Below, piece by piece: positions 1 to 12,273 of a stretch of DNA of 64,000 nucleotides. The position numbers were made by a program, and so were the translations under genes. Source of the stretch: Catajapyx aquilonaris. Taxonomy: Eukaryota. Below the pieces are notes generated by a model that saw only the letters and a list, made by a program, of their open reading frames with translations, did not search any database and had not been told where the DNA came from. The stretch covers positions 1 to 64,000 of the forward strand of contig KZ538332.1 of the NCBI GenBank assembly GCA_000934665.2. Direction: 5' to 3'. Position 1 is the stretch's first letter, and the number at the start of each line of letters is the position of its first letter.

Positions 1-1000
1 GAAATATTTCATTTTTGGGCATCATATATTGTCCTGTATTAGCATGTCCAATTTCATCAAGATCCGACATTATCACCCCGTGACCTTCCCTTGTGAGATC
101 CTTCACGTATCTGATGTGGTGTAACCATCCCATAGTAAGGGATCTTTTAAATGCCTGGCTATATTAATATTTTGTTTCTGAAGGATTTTGAGAGAGGGAG
201 GATATGGGAGAATCATGAAAATGTATGTAAACATGGGGAGAACTTGACCAAACCTTTACACAAGAGATCATTCATTATCTGACCTGTGGATTGCACTCAG
301 ACCTCAAGAATTCAAGACTAGGGCCTCAACCAACTACATCATTGTGCCACTCCCTTTCCAAGTTAATTATAATACTAATCATTACCACCTTTCCTTGCCA
401 GTAGCAAATAAGCTTATATCACAGAGAGAGGGGGCCAAGAATAGTGTTACTGACTTGTGAGTCATCAAATACACAGACATCTTCCTGGAAATTTTTATTC
501 GTCCAAAAGGACATATTTAAAGGTTTTAACAGATCCTGTCATTCAAATTGTGTGGCTTGTGTTTAATTTTAATTTAGGTCATAGATATGTCAACTGTTGT
601 ACTTTTATAGTGATAAATCTATATTTTGATCAATGTTCAACTGAAATGCATCATTATAAATCAAAAATCATTTATTGAAAGCAATTCTTTGGTAGAAAAA
701 AGCAAATAACCTTTTTATTTTAAAGTGTTGCAAACATAAAAAGCGATAGCTTGTACCGTTGTCAATGTGTGAAACCCTTGTACTCTATTTTAGGGTGAAA
801 CTGAGACAAGTCTTGGACAGCTTTTTTGAAATGATTTCTGCCACTGAATAAATTGAGTGTTTTTTAAATGGTTGAACCCCTTGGCAGCAAGTATTTGATG
901 AATCAGTTCTCTAAGCTGGAGTTACAAGGATTTTACCCATTGTGACGATATATGTCTTTAAATGATAAAGGCAGCAGTCAAACAGGCGGTTTGGCAGTAT

Positions 1001-1120
1001 TTAATCCTTCTGCTGATGCTGTGCACCCTTCTTCATCATCATCATATCTGGCCATGGATCTTCATAGTTCGGGTCGCGACAACAGAATCCCAGCTCCCCA
1101 TTTTCAGGGTTGGAACATTC
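1001..1120 (-). CDS. Gly/Pro clip protein terminal coding exon ([39 protein letters not shown])
   Basis: Acceptor gttgcag/; completes the clip Cys pattern; in-frame TAA. Confidence 0.8.
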   Translation of the reverse strand, partial: ECSNPENGELGFCCRDPNYEDPWPDMMMMKKGAQHQQKD

Positions 1121-4100
1121 CTGCAACAGTCGATATGATAAATTAATCACAATTGTAAATGAATTATCACTGTGACAGAAAAAAACTAACCATAAGAGCC
1201 ACTCTGAATGCTCTAAGGCTTGCTGTGAGAACAACGGGTTGCTCCACCATGACACCTTCTGAGTTGCAGAACTCTTCACGGACACACTTCATAGCAGCTG
1301 GGCATCCTGGATAGGGTTCCCGAATTTCATCAACTCCAGATGGGTTGTAAGGACGTCCAGGATTGACTAGGGAGCCTGAACCTGGATATCCTGACTGCCC
1401 AGGTTGGCCTGGGTATCCTGGTTGTCCAGGTTGGCCTGGGTATCCAGAGTATCCAGGCTTCACTCCTTGACCAGACTGTCCAGGTTGGCCGGGAGCCCCT
1501 GGATAACCAGGGCGACCATGTTGTCCAGGTGCTCCAGGATAGGTACCTCCACCACAGTTTGGATTTGAAGGGCTGCAAGGCGCACCTGGTCTACCAGGCT
1601 GTCCATTATGTCCAGGTTGTCCAGGTTGTCCAGGTCTTCCAGGCTGTCCATTATTTCCAGGCTGCCCAGGTCTTCCAGGAATACCAGGATATGTGCCTCC
1701 ACCACAGTTGGGGTTACCAGGGCCACAGGGAGTTCCAGATTGCCCAGGGAGTCCTGGTCTCCCACTATGTCCAGGTTGTCCAGGGGGACCAGGGTAGCCA
1801 GGCTGTCCAGGTTGTCCTGGTGGCAGTATTATTCCTCCTCCACAGTTGGGATACCCAGGCCCACAAGGAGTGCCTGGTTTTCCAGGTTGGCCTGATAGCC
1901 CTGGTGCTCCAGGGTATCCAGGATTGCCAGGTTTGCCTGGCTGACCTGGGGCTCCAGGTTGTCCAGGGTGCCCAGGATTTCCAGGTTGGCTTCCACAGTT
2001 GGGGTTTCCAGTGCCACAAGACGTGCTGCTTCCATAATTAGGAAGGTTAGGTGGTGGTACTGGATATCCAGGGTTGTCAGGCGTGTTGGGTGGTGGGACA
2101 GGGGAGTCTGGATATCCTGGCTTTCCAGGTACATTAGGTGGTGGGACTGGGGAGTCCGGATATCCTGGCTTTCCAGGCACATTAGGTGGTGGGACTGGGG
2201 AGTCTGGAGTGCCTGTAATAATTAAAAACATGAATAATTAGTAGAAGTAGGAGTGGTAATAACATCAGCAACTTCATTGTATAGTATTGCATGCACAATT
2301 TAGATTTTCAGTAGGTGAGACTAGGAACAATTTTGTACTAAACACTTGCCATTTATATCTTGACCCTTGGCTGGTGTGGTTTCGAATTTTCTCTTTCTTG
2401 TGCAGAGGTTTACATGTTGGCTGCTGATTTTGGTTCATACTCCCATAAATATTATTGGGGCATTTAATTTTAATCCTTGTGTGGCCTGATCCTTGACATT
2501 CACGCTTGCATGAGGCAAGATAATGATTCTGATTGGATCTGCCAATTGCAGGTTCATTACTGGGATAGAAACCTCTTAATAAATAATTAATTAATACCCC
2601 ATGATGATCTGCAACATCTTATATGGGTTTTGTGCCCCTGTGATATGGTATTATTATGCTGGTTATACCACATGACTCCCATATGCAAATCTACATAGCT
2701 TGAATCAAAAATGGCCTAAATCAGTTCTAGAAATTTTACATTAGAAATATTTGCTATCGATCTGCCTCCCATTTGTGTACAGCCTGCTGATAGGCTAGAA
2801 TTCTATTACATGTTCTACCAATACAAATCTGAGCTGGCTTTTCATGCATCCTTTCTAAGGGTATGTGTGTTCCAAAAGAAATATGTTGTGACTTGCGTTT
2901 CCTTTTGCTTGTGAGAAGAAAACAGAAGCTAGCAATTGTACAGTATAATGGATTTTAAATGTTGTGCATGGTGTATATGTACTGTACAGTACATACTTGG
3001 CTACAAAGTGTGGGAAAATCTGCATGGTTCATTGCATGGGTAAGGGATTAACCTTTTGGCATACACTTATAATCTGAAATTAAATATGAAGCAGCACATA
3101 ATATTTAGTATAAGTGTTCCCTAATAATTACCTTGACAGTAATTGTTCCAGGGACCACATGAACTTCCGGGTTTCCCAGGAAATTCTGGTTGACCATGGG
3201 GTGGGCTTGGATATCCAGGGATAAGTTGTTCAGGGCGTCTATTGCCTCCACAGTTTGAGCTCCCTGGTCTACAGGGAGTACCGGGTTGTCCGGGAAAGTC
3301 TGGTTGGCCATGTGGAGGTCCTGGATATCCAGGTATTTTACCAGGAAGATTTGCAGAGCTTCCACCTCCACAGTTAGGGTTTCCTGGCCCACACGGTGTC
3401 CCTGGTGTCTCAGGAAACTCAGGCTGGCCATGTGGAGGGCCAGGATACCCAGGAACTTCTCCAGGACGTCCAGGTTGGCTTGGTTGTCCAGGGTAATCAG
3501 GTTGACCATGTGGAGGGCCAGGATACCCAGGAACTTCTCCAGGACGTCCAGGTTGGCTTGGTTGTCCAGGGTAATCAGGTTGACCATGGGGAGGGCTTGG
3601 GTATCCTGGAATTCCTCCAGGACTTTGACCTCTGCAGTTGGGGCTTCCTGGTCTGCAGGTAGTTCCAGGTTGTCCAGGGAAGTCTGGTTGGCCATGTGGA
3701 GGGCCAGGATATCCTGGAAGTTGTCCAGGGCTTCCTGGATATTCTGGCTGTCCTTGTGGAGGACCTGGGTACCCAGGAAATTGACCAGGACGTCCAGCAT
3801 TACCTACAGAGGATAGTCATGGTAAGTAGCCCTACTTACCAATTAGCTTACCAATAAAATGATTTCTTTGTGTTAGATGCATTTTTAGTCAAAATATTTG
3901 GTAGGTGTGTGGTTGCTGATTTAAAAAACCAAACAATACCATATCATGGGAATACAAGAGAAATCCACTAAGTAAGTTCAAAAAACCAAATTTGAGATAA
4001 TCCTATGCAAAGATTTCACCTATCACTAACTTGTTTACATCCTAATCCAGAAAATCCTGGATTTATGGCTCATTATGAATGACTAAATGGACTTAACGAA

Positions 4101-4950
4101 AATTCTACTTTGTGGCATAAATGGCTGAAAACTGCTAAAATCCGACAATGGATTTCTCTTGCATGCTCACATTATACAGTATACACATGGAATATTGTGG
4201 CATTTTATAGCCTGTTCACATGGACCAGCTTAGAGTGAAATCTGTTGAGATCATATTCACGCAGTTCTGTGAAAAAATCTCCTGTTACAAATTTTTATGT
4301 TACAATATGTCTCAGAATTACCTTTCAAATCACGTGCAAGTGCCAAACGAAATCTTTGGACAAGTTCCACTCTATCAGCATCCATTATGGACAAGTTTCA
4401 CTGAATTAACGTAACTCCTCAGTCATACTGAATTAAATTTCTGATTACCTGGTCGACCAGGCCTTCCTGATGGTCCAGGTTGACCTCCACATCCATTCTT
4501 TACTCCAGGTTGACAGCCTCCACTTGGTGGTCTTCCTCCAGGTCCAATGACTCCACCAGATATTGGAGAAGGGGCAGGCCATCCATGTGAAGCAGAGTCA
4601 GGGACAACTCCACAACCAGCTTTACCAGGAGGGCAACCACCACCACTTCCTCCAGATCCTGGTCTGATGACTCCAGGACCATAGTTTCCTGTTGGTTCTC
4701 CACCTCCATTGGCTGCTACATCTCCAGAAAGGACTACTCCTGGAGGCGGCCGCTGAAAGGGATTGTTGGGACCTGCCCACCAGTAATCCTCCTTCTCCTC
4801 TTCTTGGGGTTCCTGGACTTGGTTGGATGCTTTGTTGGGCTCATTAACTGTCTCTGCACCTTCAGGCTCGTAGTCGAATTTGGGAACATTGTAAGCCAGT
4901 ACTGATGTGGACAGCAGGACTAAGAAGAGTACAACGGAAGGAGGAGCCAT
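1001..4950 (-). CDS. Secreted Gly/Pro-rich repetitive protein with C-terminal scarface/PPAF-II-like clip domain (~771 aa); coding exons 4950-4449, 3803-3132, 2212-1191, 1120-1001
   Basis: The ATG follows a ttccag acceptor and opens a signal peptide ([19 protein letters not shown]). All introns are GT-AG with consistent phases (1,1,0); 2316 nt in total. The six-Cys module [13 protein letters not shown]...[24 protein letters not shown] matches the clip signature recalled from scarface-type proteins. Stop TAA at 1003-1001; AATAAA on minus at 719-714 and 676-671. Confidence 0.85.
1191..2212 (-). CDS. Gly/Pro clip protein coding exon 3 (GQP repeats, first half of clip domain)
   Basis: Acceptor ttacag/, donor ATG/gttagt; ORF 1167..2231. 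Confidence 0.88.
3132..3803 (-). CDS. Gly/Pro clip protein coding exon 2 (672 nt, phase 1-1, [11 protein letters not shown] repeats)
   Basis: Acceptor tctgtag/, donor CAAG/gtaatt. The open frame [20 protein letters not shown]...CGPWNNYCQ is absent from the ORF track because it has no start codon. Confidence 0.85.
4449..4950 (-). CDS. Gly/Pro clip protein coding exon 1 (signal peptide, [11 protein letters not shown] motif)
   Basis: ttccag/ATG start; donor CCAG/gtaatc; ORF 4423..5034 frame. Confidence 0.85.
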
Positions 4951-7829
4951 CTGGAATATGGGATACAGAGTGGTGAGTGTTATCTCTTTATAACTTTGGT
5001 ACTTTCTGAATGATTTTGTCAGCAGAGCATTCACAATAGAGTTTTTCCTAGAATTTGTTATTTTAAAATGCTCATTATGGCATCACTTAAAAAGGATGGG
5101 TGCAGATTAGGACATGTGACACTTCAAGAATATAAGGCTAGTGATGAAAGAAGGGGGAAATAACCTGCGATGATCTGCTATGATAACGTGATGACATCTT
5201 CACTTTTGATCATTTTCACCGTATCAGTCACAGGGTCTTATAATACTCAGTCATAGCTGCCAAGAGGTTGTACTAATAATGATATGGTGGCTATATGAGG
5301 GATCAGGCATATTCCTAAAAATAATTTAACGAGTAAGCGCTTCATCATGATTTAACTAAGATTTATCCAGCAATTATCCTGAATTTACTAGGGGTTAGTG
5401 AGAGTCTCCCCATGGTTTGACCCATTTTAAGGCTGCAAGAAATGGGAGTCTTTTCCCTGGTGTTGTTGACTCTAGAGACTCTGTGCCTTTATCTTGATGC
5501 ATGAGTATCTGCAGGAAGGTGTGATATGGGGAAGTGGGTGTTAAGTGGAGGGAAGTAGAGGGTACTCAAGATGAGATCATGGTAAACAAGGGAATTTCCA
5601 ACAGATAAAAGCTACCTCGCGCATATCCAAGATTTTTGAGGGAAATCCTGTCTCTCTCATCTTGCCCAAATGTGCATACCGGAACTTATTTTCGCCAGCT
5701 AATATTGGAGAGCAATAATACCTTACTCATTCCAATGCTGCCTTATATAGTCAAATGTGTGATAAAATATTCTGGGTGAGAAGAGGGGTCTGCGGGAGGG
5801 ATCTTTGAATTTAGAGATTGTTAATAGTTGTAAGCATATTGGAACATGATTTGAAGGGTATTGAGAACAGTCTGGAATTTTGAATAATTGCATTGTGTCT
5901 CTTATCATTTGATCTACAGTACTTCCTTAAGATGTGTCGATTGATCATTTATCAGAAATTACTTCGATAATAATACATAAGTAGGTCTGTTCTAAATATA
6001 ACTTATCATCTCCTGTGACCCAGAGGCCCAGACATTGGCCCTTGCTGGTTCCAGGTAAAATTGCCCAAGTGTATGTCTTGATCTGCATAAAGGATGTGTG
6101 CCAGGACATTTGCTGTGAACTGCCACAATTTTTGGTTGAAGTTGCTCCAAATAATACTTGTACATGATGAAAAAGTGAAGCTTAGTTTTGTCTTCTCTAT
6201 TCTGGTATTGCGTAAATCTCCATTTTAAATTTGAAATATTGGAATTGCTTTAATTAAAAATGGCCTCTGGGCAGTGTTAGGAACCTTACGTAATTCTTAA
6301 GGTTTTCAAGAAATGTTAGATAACGTCAGGTTTTTAGACTTGTATATTGTTCGGTAAATATATTTAATTACATAAATAATTTTGCTGCAACTCTACACAG
6401 GTTCAAGCCTATTCACAAATAGGGCAATAATACACAATGGGGCTACATAATTTTTGTCATTAATTTAATTACTTACAATTATTTTAGCGAATTATTGGCA
6501 ACTCTAAAAATCAGCCATCATCTACCGTAAAAATTAAAGGGCAATTATCTAAGTTTCCTGGGGCCTCCTGCGATAATCTTAAATAATACTACAGTATGAC
6601 TTAATAATTGCGAATTTCAAGTGCGGATTTTCACATGACAAAAATCTGAGTGAACCTATTAGCGAGGAGGAAATGTAAGCAACGCAAACGCGTATAATAA
6701 ATATTGCCAATATTCGGAACCAAATTTTAAATAACATCATACAGATAGATGGTATTGTACAGTAATCCCGACACCAAAAGATTCTGGAAGTTATGTGGGC
6801 TGCACTTTCCAGGATATGCATGTAGACAGGAGTGCAACATATGGCACTTAATTGTCGTTAGGCCTTCATTTCCACAAAAAATGAGTATACAATGCTGCTG
6901 TGTATAACTTTACACCCGTCATAGATTAAGACTGTATCCTTGTACGTTGGTGGTTGCTGGCGCGAATAAAAGGATGTGCAAATAGTGGTAGGCCTTCCTT
7001 CTAGTTCTCAGGTCAATTAGTTCTTTCAGATGAACATTGAAGGTTTGTTTGAGAAATTGATGTTCCAGGATGCTAATTGCAGTCAGAAGGATAGTATACA
7101 ATCACCAAAGGTTTGGGCATACTCAAAATCGAATGGCATGACGTGTAATTTTCTAGGTGTTTCCCGAATTGGAATCGTGACGCTGGGTCCTATTGTAATA
7201 GAAATGAAAGAGGCGCTTGGCCATGAGGAGCCATCGTAAAAGGCGGAATTGGCAAATGAGTTAGTCACAGAGATGTCGTACGTCCTACCTTGTCCTCTTT
7301 TAATAGTCAGGGCCTAACTTGACAAATACCAGGATATTATAATCATTGCCCTTCTGCAGGCGTGAAAAAAGCAAGGCAAAATCAATTGTGCTCAGATTCT
7401 TTGCTTTACCTTGTCATGTCACTTTTCATGATGTTCCGATATTTTATGACAAATAGCACGTTGGGAACAGTAGGCAAATAGTTTGTTAAAAAATTATGAG
7501 TAGAAGAGACTTGTATGAGAAGCAGGTCCCATCAGGCATCACTGTTACATAACTCGAAATGGCCTCAGTTTAACCATGTATATTACTGAACTTAATCACC
7601 ATTGATAGTGAATCATATTTTCGACACATACTGGCATTGTTTGAAATATTTTATATACGGTATTTTTAAATATTTTGTATTTTATAAACACGCTGTAGCT
7701 GTTAGCTGCTAATCCTGAAAATAGTTTGAACTGGTTTGTACAAAACCTGATATACGTTAGCTTCAAATAATAATTATAATTATGCCGACAGGAATCAATA
7801 GTTCTCAATACCACAGTTACGCAACTTAC

Positions 7830-7890
7830 CTTTGCGGCTTCCTCACAACCTTTGGGCACCCAATAAGTCGACCCGCCTTCTTTTTATATC
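7830..7890 (-). promoter_or_regulatory. Candidate TATA promoter and short non-coding first exon of the Gly/Pro clip gene
   Basis: Minus-strand TATAAAAA at 7888-7881, followed ~55 nt later by a perfect AAG/GTAAGT donor (exon end 7830). The coding ATG sits directly after an acceptor, so a 5'UTR exon is expected. Confidence 0.45.
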
Positions 7891-10800
7891 CAGAGTGTGG
7901 AAGTGGGAGGGGAGATATATTATGTGTTCTTAGAGGGGGTGGGGGGGAGAGACTGTGAGGCTAGCATGGCATCATACACGAACCATACCCCCACACACTA
8001 CCATACCCCCAGCCACCTTCTAACCTCAAGTTCCTCCCACACAAAAGGAAGAGAGGAAAAAATATGACCATGGTTCTCACCTGGTAGGCATCGCCCTGGA
8101 GGCATGACGTTCATTATGGTTACCGTACCTGTTGTTGACTTCACGACTGTACAAGCAGATCCTGTCCCAACATTAAAGTCGTGCAGGGGTGTTTTAGGGG
8201 ATCCTCATCTTATATGACCATGACCGGTAAGCTCCTCCCTTATCCAAGTTCGTTACCCCGAAAATCATGGGTCCATCAGACATGCTGATGACGTCAATGC
8301 TGAGGGAATAAATTTGTCTGGCTTCAACATTTTCATATTGTTACGTAATAGTCACTTGATTTGCTTTGGGATGCTTTGTTTGCAGCGATTTGCAGTGACC
8401 CGTCATTACTCAAGTGGTACGTGTTTGCCGTGGGCTATATACGTTGTGGTCGTAGACAAGGCCAAGGTTGGTTGTTAGATGGGCCATGCTTGACTATGTG
8501 CATACGAAGCTTATGTATGGTGAAGTGTCGGTATTGGCACCAGATATTAATTTATTCACTGTCACTTATTATGCTATACACTATATCAGTTAGCTCACAT
8601 ACATATTGGTAAAAATCTCGCGGATTCTATTTTTAGTCGCCTCTGTGACTTTACTTTCGAGTTTTCAGTGTAATAATATACATACCGTTGAAAAACCCAT
8701 CAATGGGCTTTACACTGATGCTTGTAACTCACTCCTAAAATTGGAGATGAGACGACAGGAGTGAGTAGAAATATTGGCTACCGCTTACATATTTACCGGG
8801 CTCACTTATAAATCACGAGGTATGCATTTCCATATTAATATTACTAGCCGGCCGAAAAAGGAACAGGAAATTATACAGGGATTGCAAATATCTGAGCATT
8901 GAAATGCATAATACGATACCACAGGTGTTTAGGGAGTGGCATAATTTCTGGAATATCCATTACCATTCACATAGGGCCATCATTAACTCCCGGACAAAAC
9001 TGATGTGGAGTATTTTGGTATTGGAATAGGTCAATGAATCTTCCTCTTTGCCTATTATGAGGTGTTACTGACGACCCTGTATAACTGCACCTACCAAACC
9101 TTGACCTGACCACCAATCGCGAAGCCTAACCCACCGCAACCTTTGTGCTATCTGGTGATGACTTTTTTACCATTTTAGGAATTCCCTATGGTGGTGTCAA
9201 ACCCACGAATAATATGGAGTCTTGGAAATGTCCTGGCAACATGTTAATCCAAGAAAAGTAGCATTGCCGAACCACTTCCTTCACATTTTTAAAAACTAGA
9301 ATCTTCAGCTGATATTGGCATAACAAAGAGAGGGAGAGGAATTCCCTTCTAGGAATCAAACTAAGTTAATTTATAGGATTTAATTATGTAACGAACACGT
9401 AGAGTATTGAATCGTATTGTGTATTGAAACTTTGCACACACATGAAATAAATTAATAATGCCAGTTGTAACATTATACAGGGCGGTGCACTGCCCAAGCT
9501 CCAATTCAAGCGGGGAATAGGTGAAGGAGTTATGCCGCATTGTTTACCCCAGCTTGTTGTTCTCCCGAACATCTCGTTATGACCAAAGAAGAAGAAAAAA
9601 ATCTGGTGCACTGGTCAACTACTCGCAGACGATTCGATTGTTTTGCTGATATGAGTGGGGTGTTGTTTTACTTCATATGTGGGGTTAACTTGCGTCTCCT
9701 TCATCGCTGACTACCCCTTATAGGGAAATGTCGTGATGGTGTTGTTGTTTGTTGTAATTTACCCCAGCAACCAAATTAGACAGAAGCAACAATGACAGTA
9801 AGTGAATATGGTCCTTATTATTGCAATAAAATCAATTTAAAATGTTTTCGGGATGAAGAATTCACTTGTTCCCCTTCCGCCCTCTTGGAGTGTGGACTTG
9901 GGCAGTGTACCACCTTGTATGCAGTGTATATCATGTACCATAAAGTGCATCAAATAACACGAAAGCAAACTATCGTATAAGAGTGTTCCAGAAAACGCCT
10001 GCGAGATCCCATTATATCACATTCCCCGAATCTTTAAGTTGAGCATTCACTTTCACCTTCTTGCCAGTTAGGTAACACAGAAATATCCTGCGCATCTGCC
10101 TGTGAAGATATATCACACACCTATTGAATTATAGTACTCGTGCCCATAACCGATGATCGTTTTTTGCACAACATCATGATTCTGTTCACCTCACCTTGAA
10201 CTTTTACGTGGGCATATCTATACTCAAGGCGCAATGCAGTGCAGTACACGTGAAAAGCCACAGATACGATCTACGAAAGTGTGCGTGTATTTTTTTTTTG
10301 TCTTCATTTCCATTAAAACATTATCGTGTTTTCCCCGAGTTACTTTTTGCCCTTGGTGAAAGAATAACGCGTTCTGTACGGAAGCACACAGGAGCAGTCG
10401 TATAACGGTATATAAAAACATACATGTAAGTTATATTTATTATGGGCACAGACATATTTACAACTGCATTTATTCGTACCCCTTTTTCATTGGGCAACAC
10501 TGGGCATGATGGAGAAACCGGAGTTACCATTTTCCAAAATGACAAAGTAATATACAGACATTCCCATCTAAAGTAATTTTTGATATAATGCATTCGGGAA
10601 ATTATTAAAATGTGCCATGAACAATATTTGTGACCATATGCTTAAAGTTGTTATGTATAATCATCATCATAGGTCACCCCATGATAGACCTGTTACCTCT
10701 CAGGAATCATCTTGTCAATTCCCGACTTTATTAAATATCTAACCTGCTGATTGGGGAGAGGGTACGGGAGAAACCCGAGGAAACCTACTCGAATCATATG

Positions 10801-12174
10801 GAGAGAACCAATCAAAACTATTTCGACATGAGAAAATCCTCCGTCCGATCTAGGGTTGTAATGACCGGGGGGGAAATGATTTTTGGGTTTTTTCCGATGA
10901 AAATTTGGGGGTTTTCCGGTTTTTTTCCAAAGACCCGGAGTATTTTATGAAAAATCTGCACCTTGTATTTACGTATTTACTTTCCAATTATTTTATATAG
11001 AAAATAATGAGATGAAATCTGTCGCATAAAATATTTCATTTTCTGTGATGTAATTAAGTATGCCAACTTGTAGCCTACAAAAATGGAAAAACTAATCATC
11101 AATTCTGGACATCACTATCACTACTGCTTGTGCCACCATTTTCTTAGCTAGAATCAGCTTCCACCGCAGTAGAAGTGCTGCAGGATTTTTTTAAATGAGT
11201 TTTAAAATGACATCGGTCATCAAATCCAATTTTTCATGTAATGTAATGTTTATTATTGTTGGGCATATATTACTGGCACCTTATGTCAATAGTTGGACCA
11301 ATTAGACCATCTTGCATTAATTTAAACTTTTAAAGGATGCACTAATTCGTCCTAATATGAACAGCTAATTTTTTAAATAATCTCTAAAAGTTGCTGTTCC
11401 AATGTAACTACACTTTAAAAAAATCTCTAACCAGTGCAGATAATAATGCAATTGGAAGAGGCTGTTATCATCATACCTTAGTTTATTGCCAGTGGGTCAG
11501 AAATGGTCATTCACAGCCTTAATCTCCGAAATTCGTCACAGTGCAGGGCAAGAATGAATGATCCCACTATCAGCTAATGTGTCTTATAAATGCTGGAAAT
11601 AACTGCTTACTAATAATCAGCTTTGTGCCAAAAATAGGTAACTGATACGGACATTTCAGTTGGAACACACTCGTATACAGTACATTAGCGTGGCAATACA
11701 CAGGGTGCTGGTGCACTGCCGAAGTCCCAAGTGCAACAAGTGGTGAAGATGGGGATTGTTTACCGATTTCACCCCAGCATCCAGTTTAAAGGGAAGCAAC
11801 TAATAATATTGGAAGCAACAATCCGGGCTACATTTCCTTGTGATTGTTGCATCTCGTTAAGCTGGTTGTTGTGGTAATTTTTAAAAAATCCATACCTTCT
11901 TCACCCACCCACCTCTCTGCTGGGTACTTCGCAGTGCACCAACCTGTACTTTGCTTGCATATTGGCATATCTGCATTGTAGCAGGTTGCAGCTATAGTGA
12001 GTAGGCGTATTTATAGGTCAACCCGCAATGATGTAATTTTTCCGCCAAAAAACAACCACTTCCGTAAGCTTAAGTAACCCCACCACAGTATTTCCTATAC
12101 TTATGATAGCAAAATTGCCTACATATAGCTTTTATGAAATAATAATATTCAACCCTGTGAGCGTCTGTAGGTCT

Positions 12175-12239
<65 letters not shown>

Positions 12240-12273
12240 GCTACTGCTGCTGCTGCTGCTACTACTACTACTA
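12175..12273. repeat. (CTA)n/(CTG)n microsatellite
   Basis: Direct reading. Confidence 0.95.

Noticed and set aside
1330..3816. Many overlapping ORFs on both strands over the Gly/Pro gene (e.g. 3105..3800, 3286..3816, 1529..2041)
   Set aside because: These are shadow frames of repetitive CCA/GGA-rich coding sequence; only one frame fits the splice phases and signal peptide.
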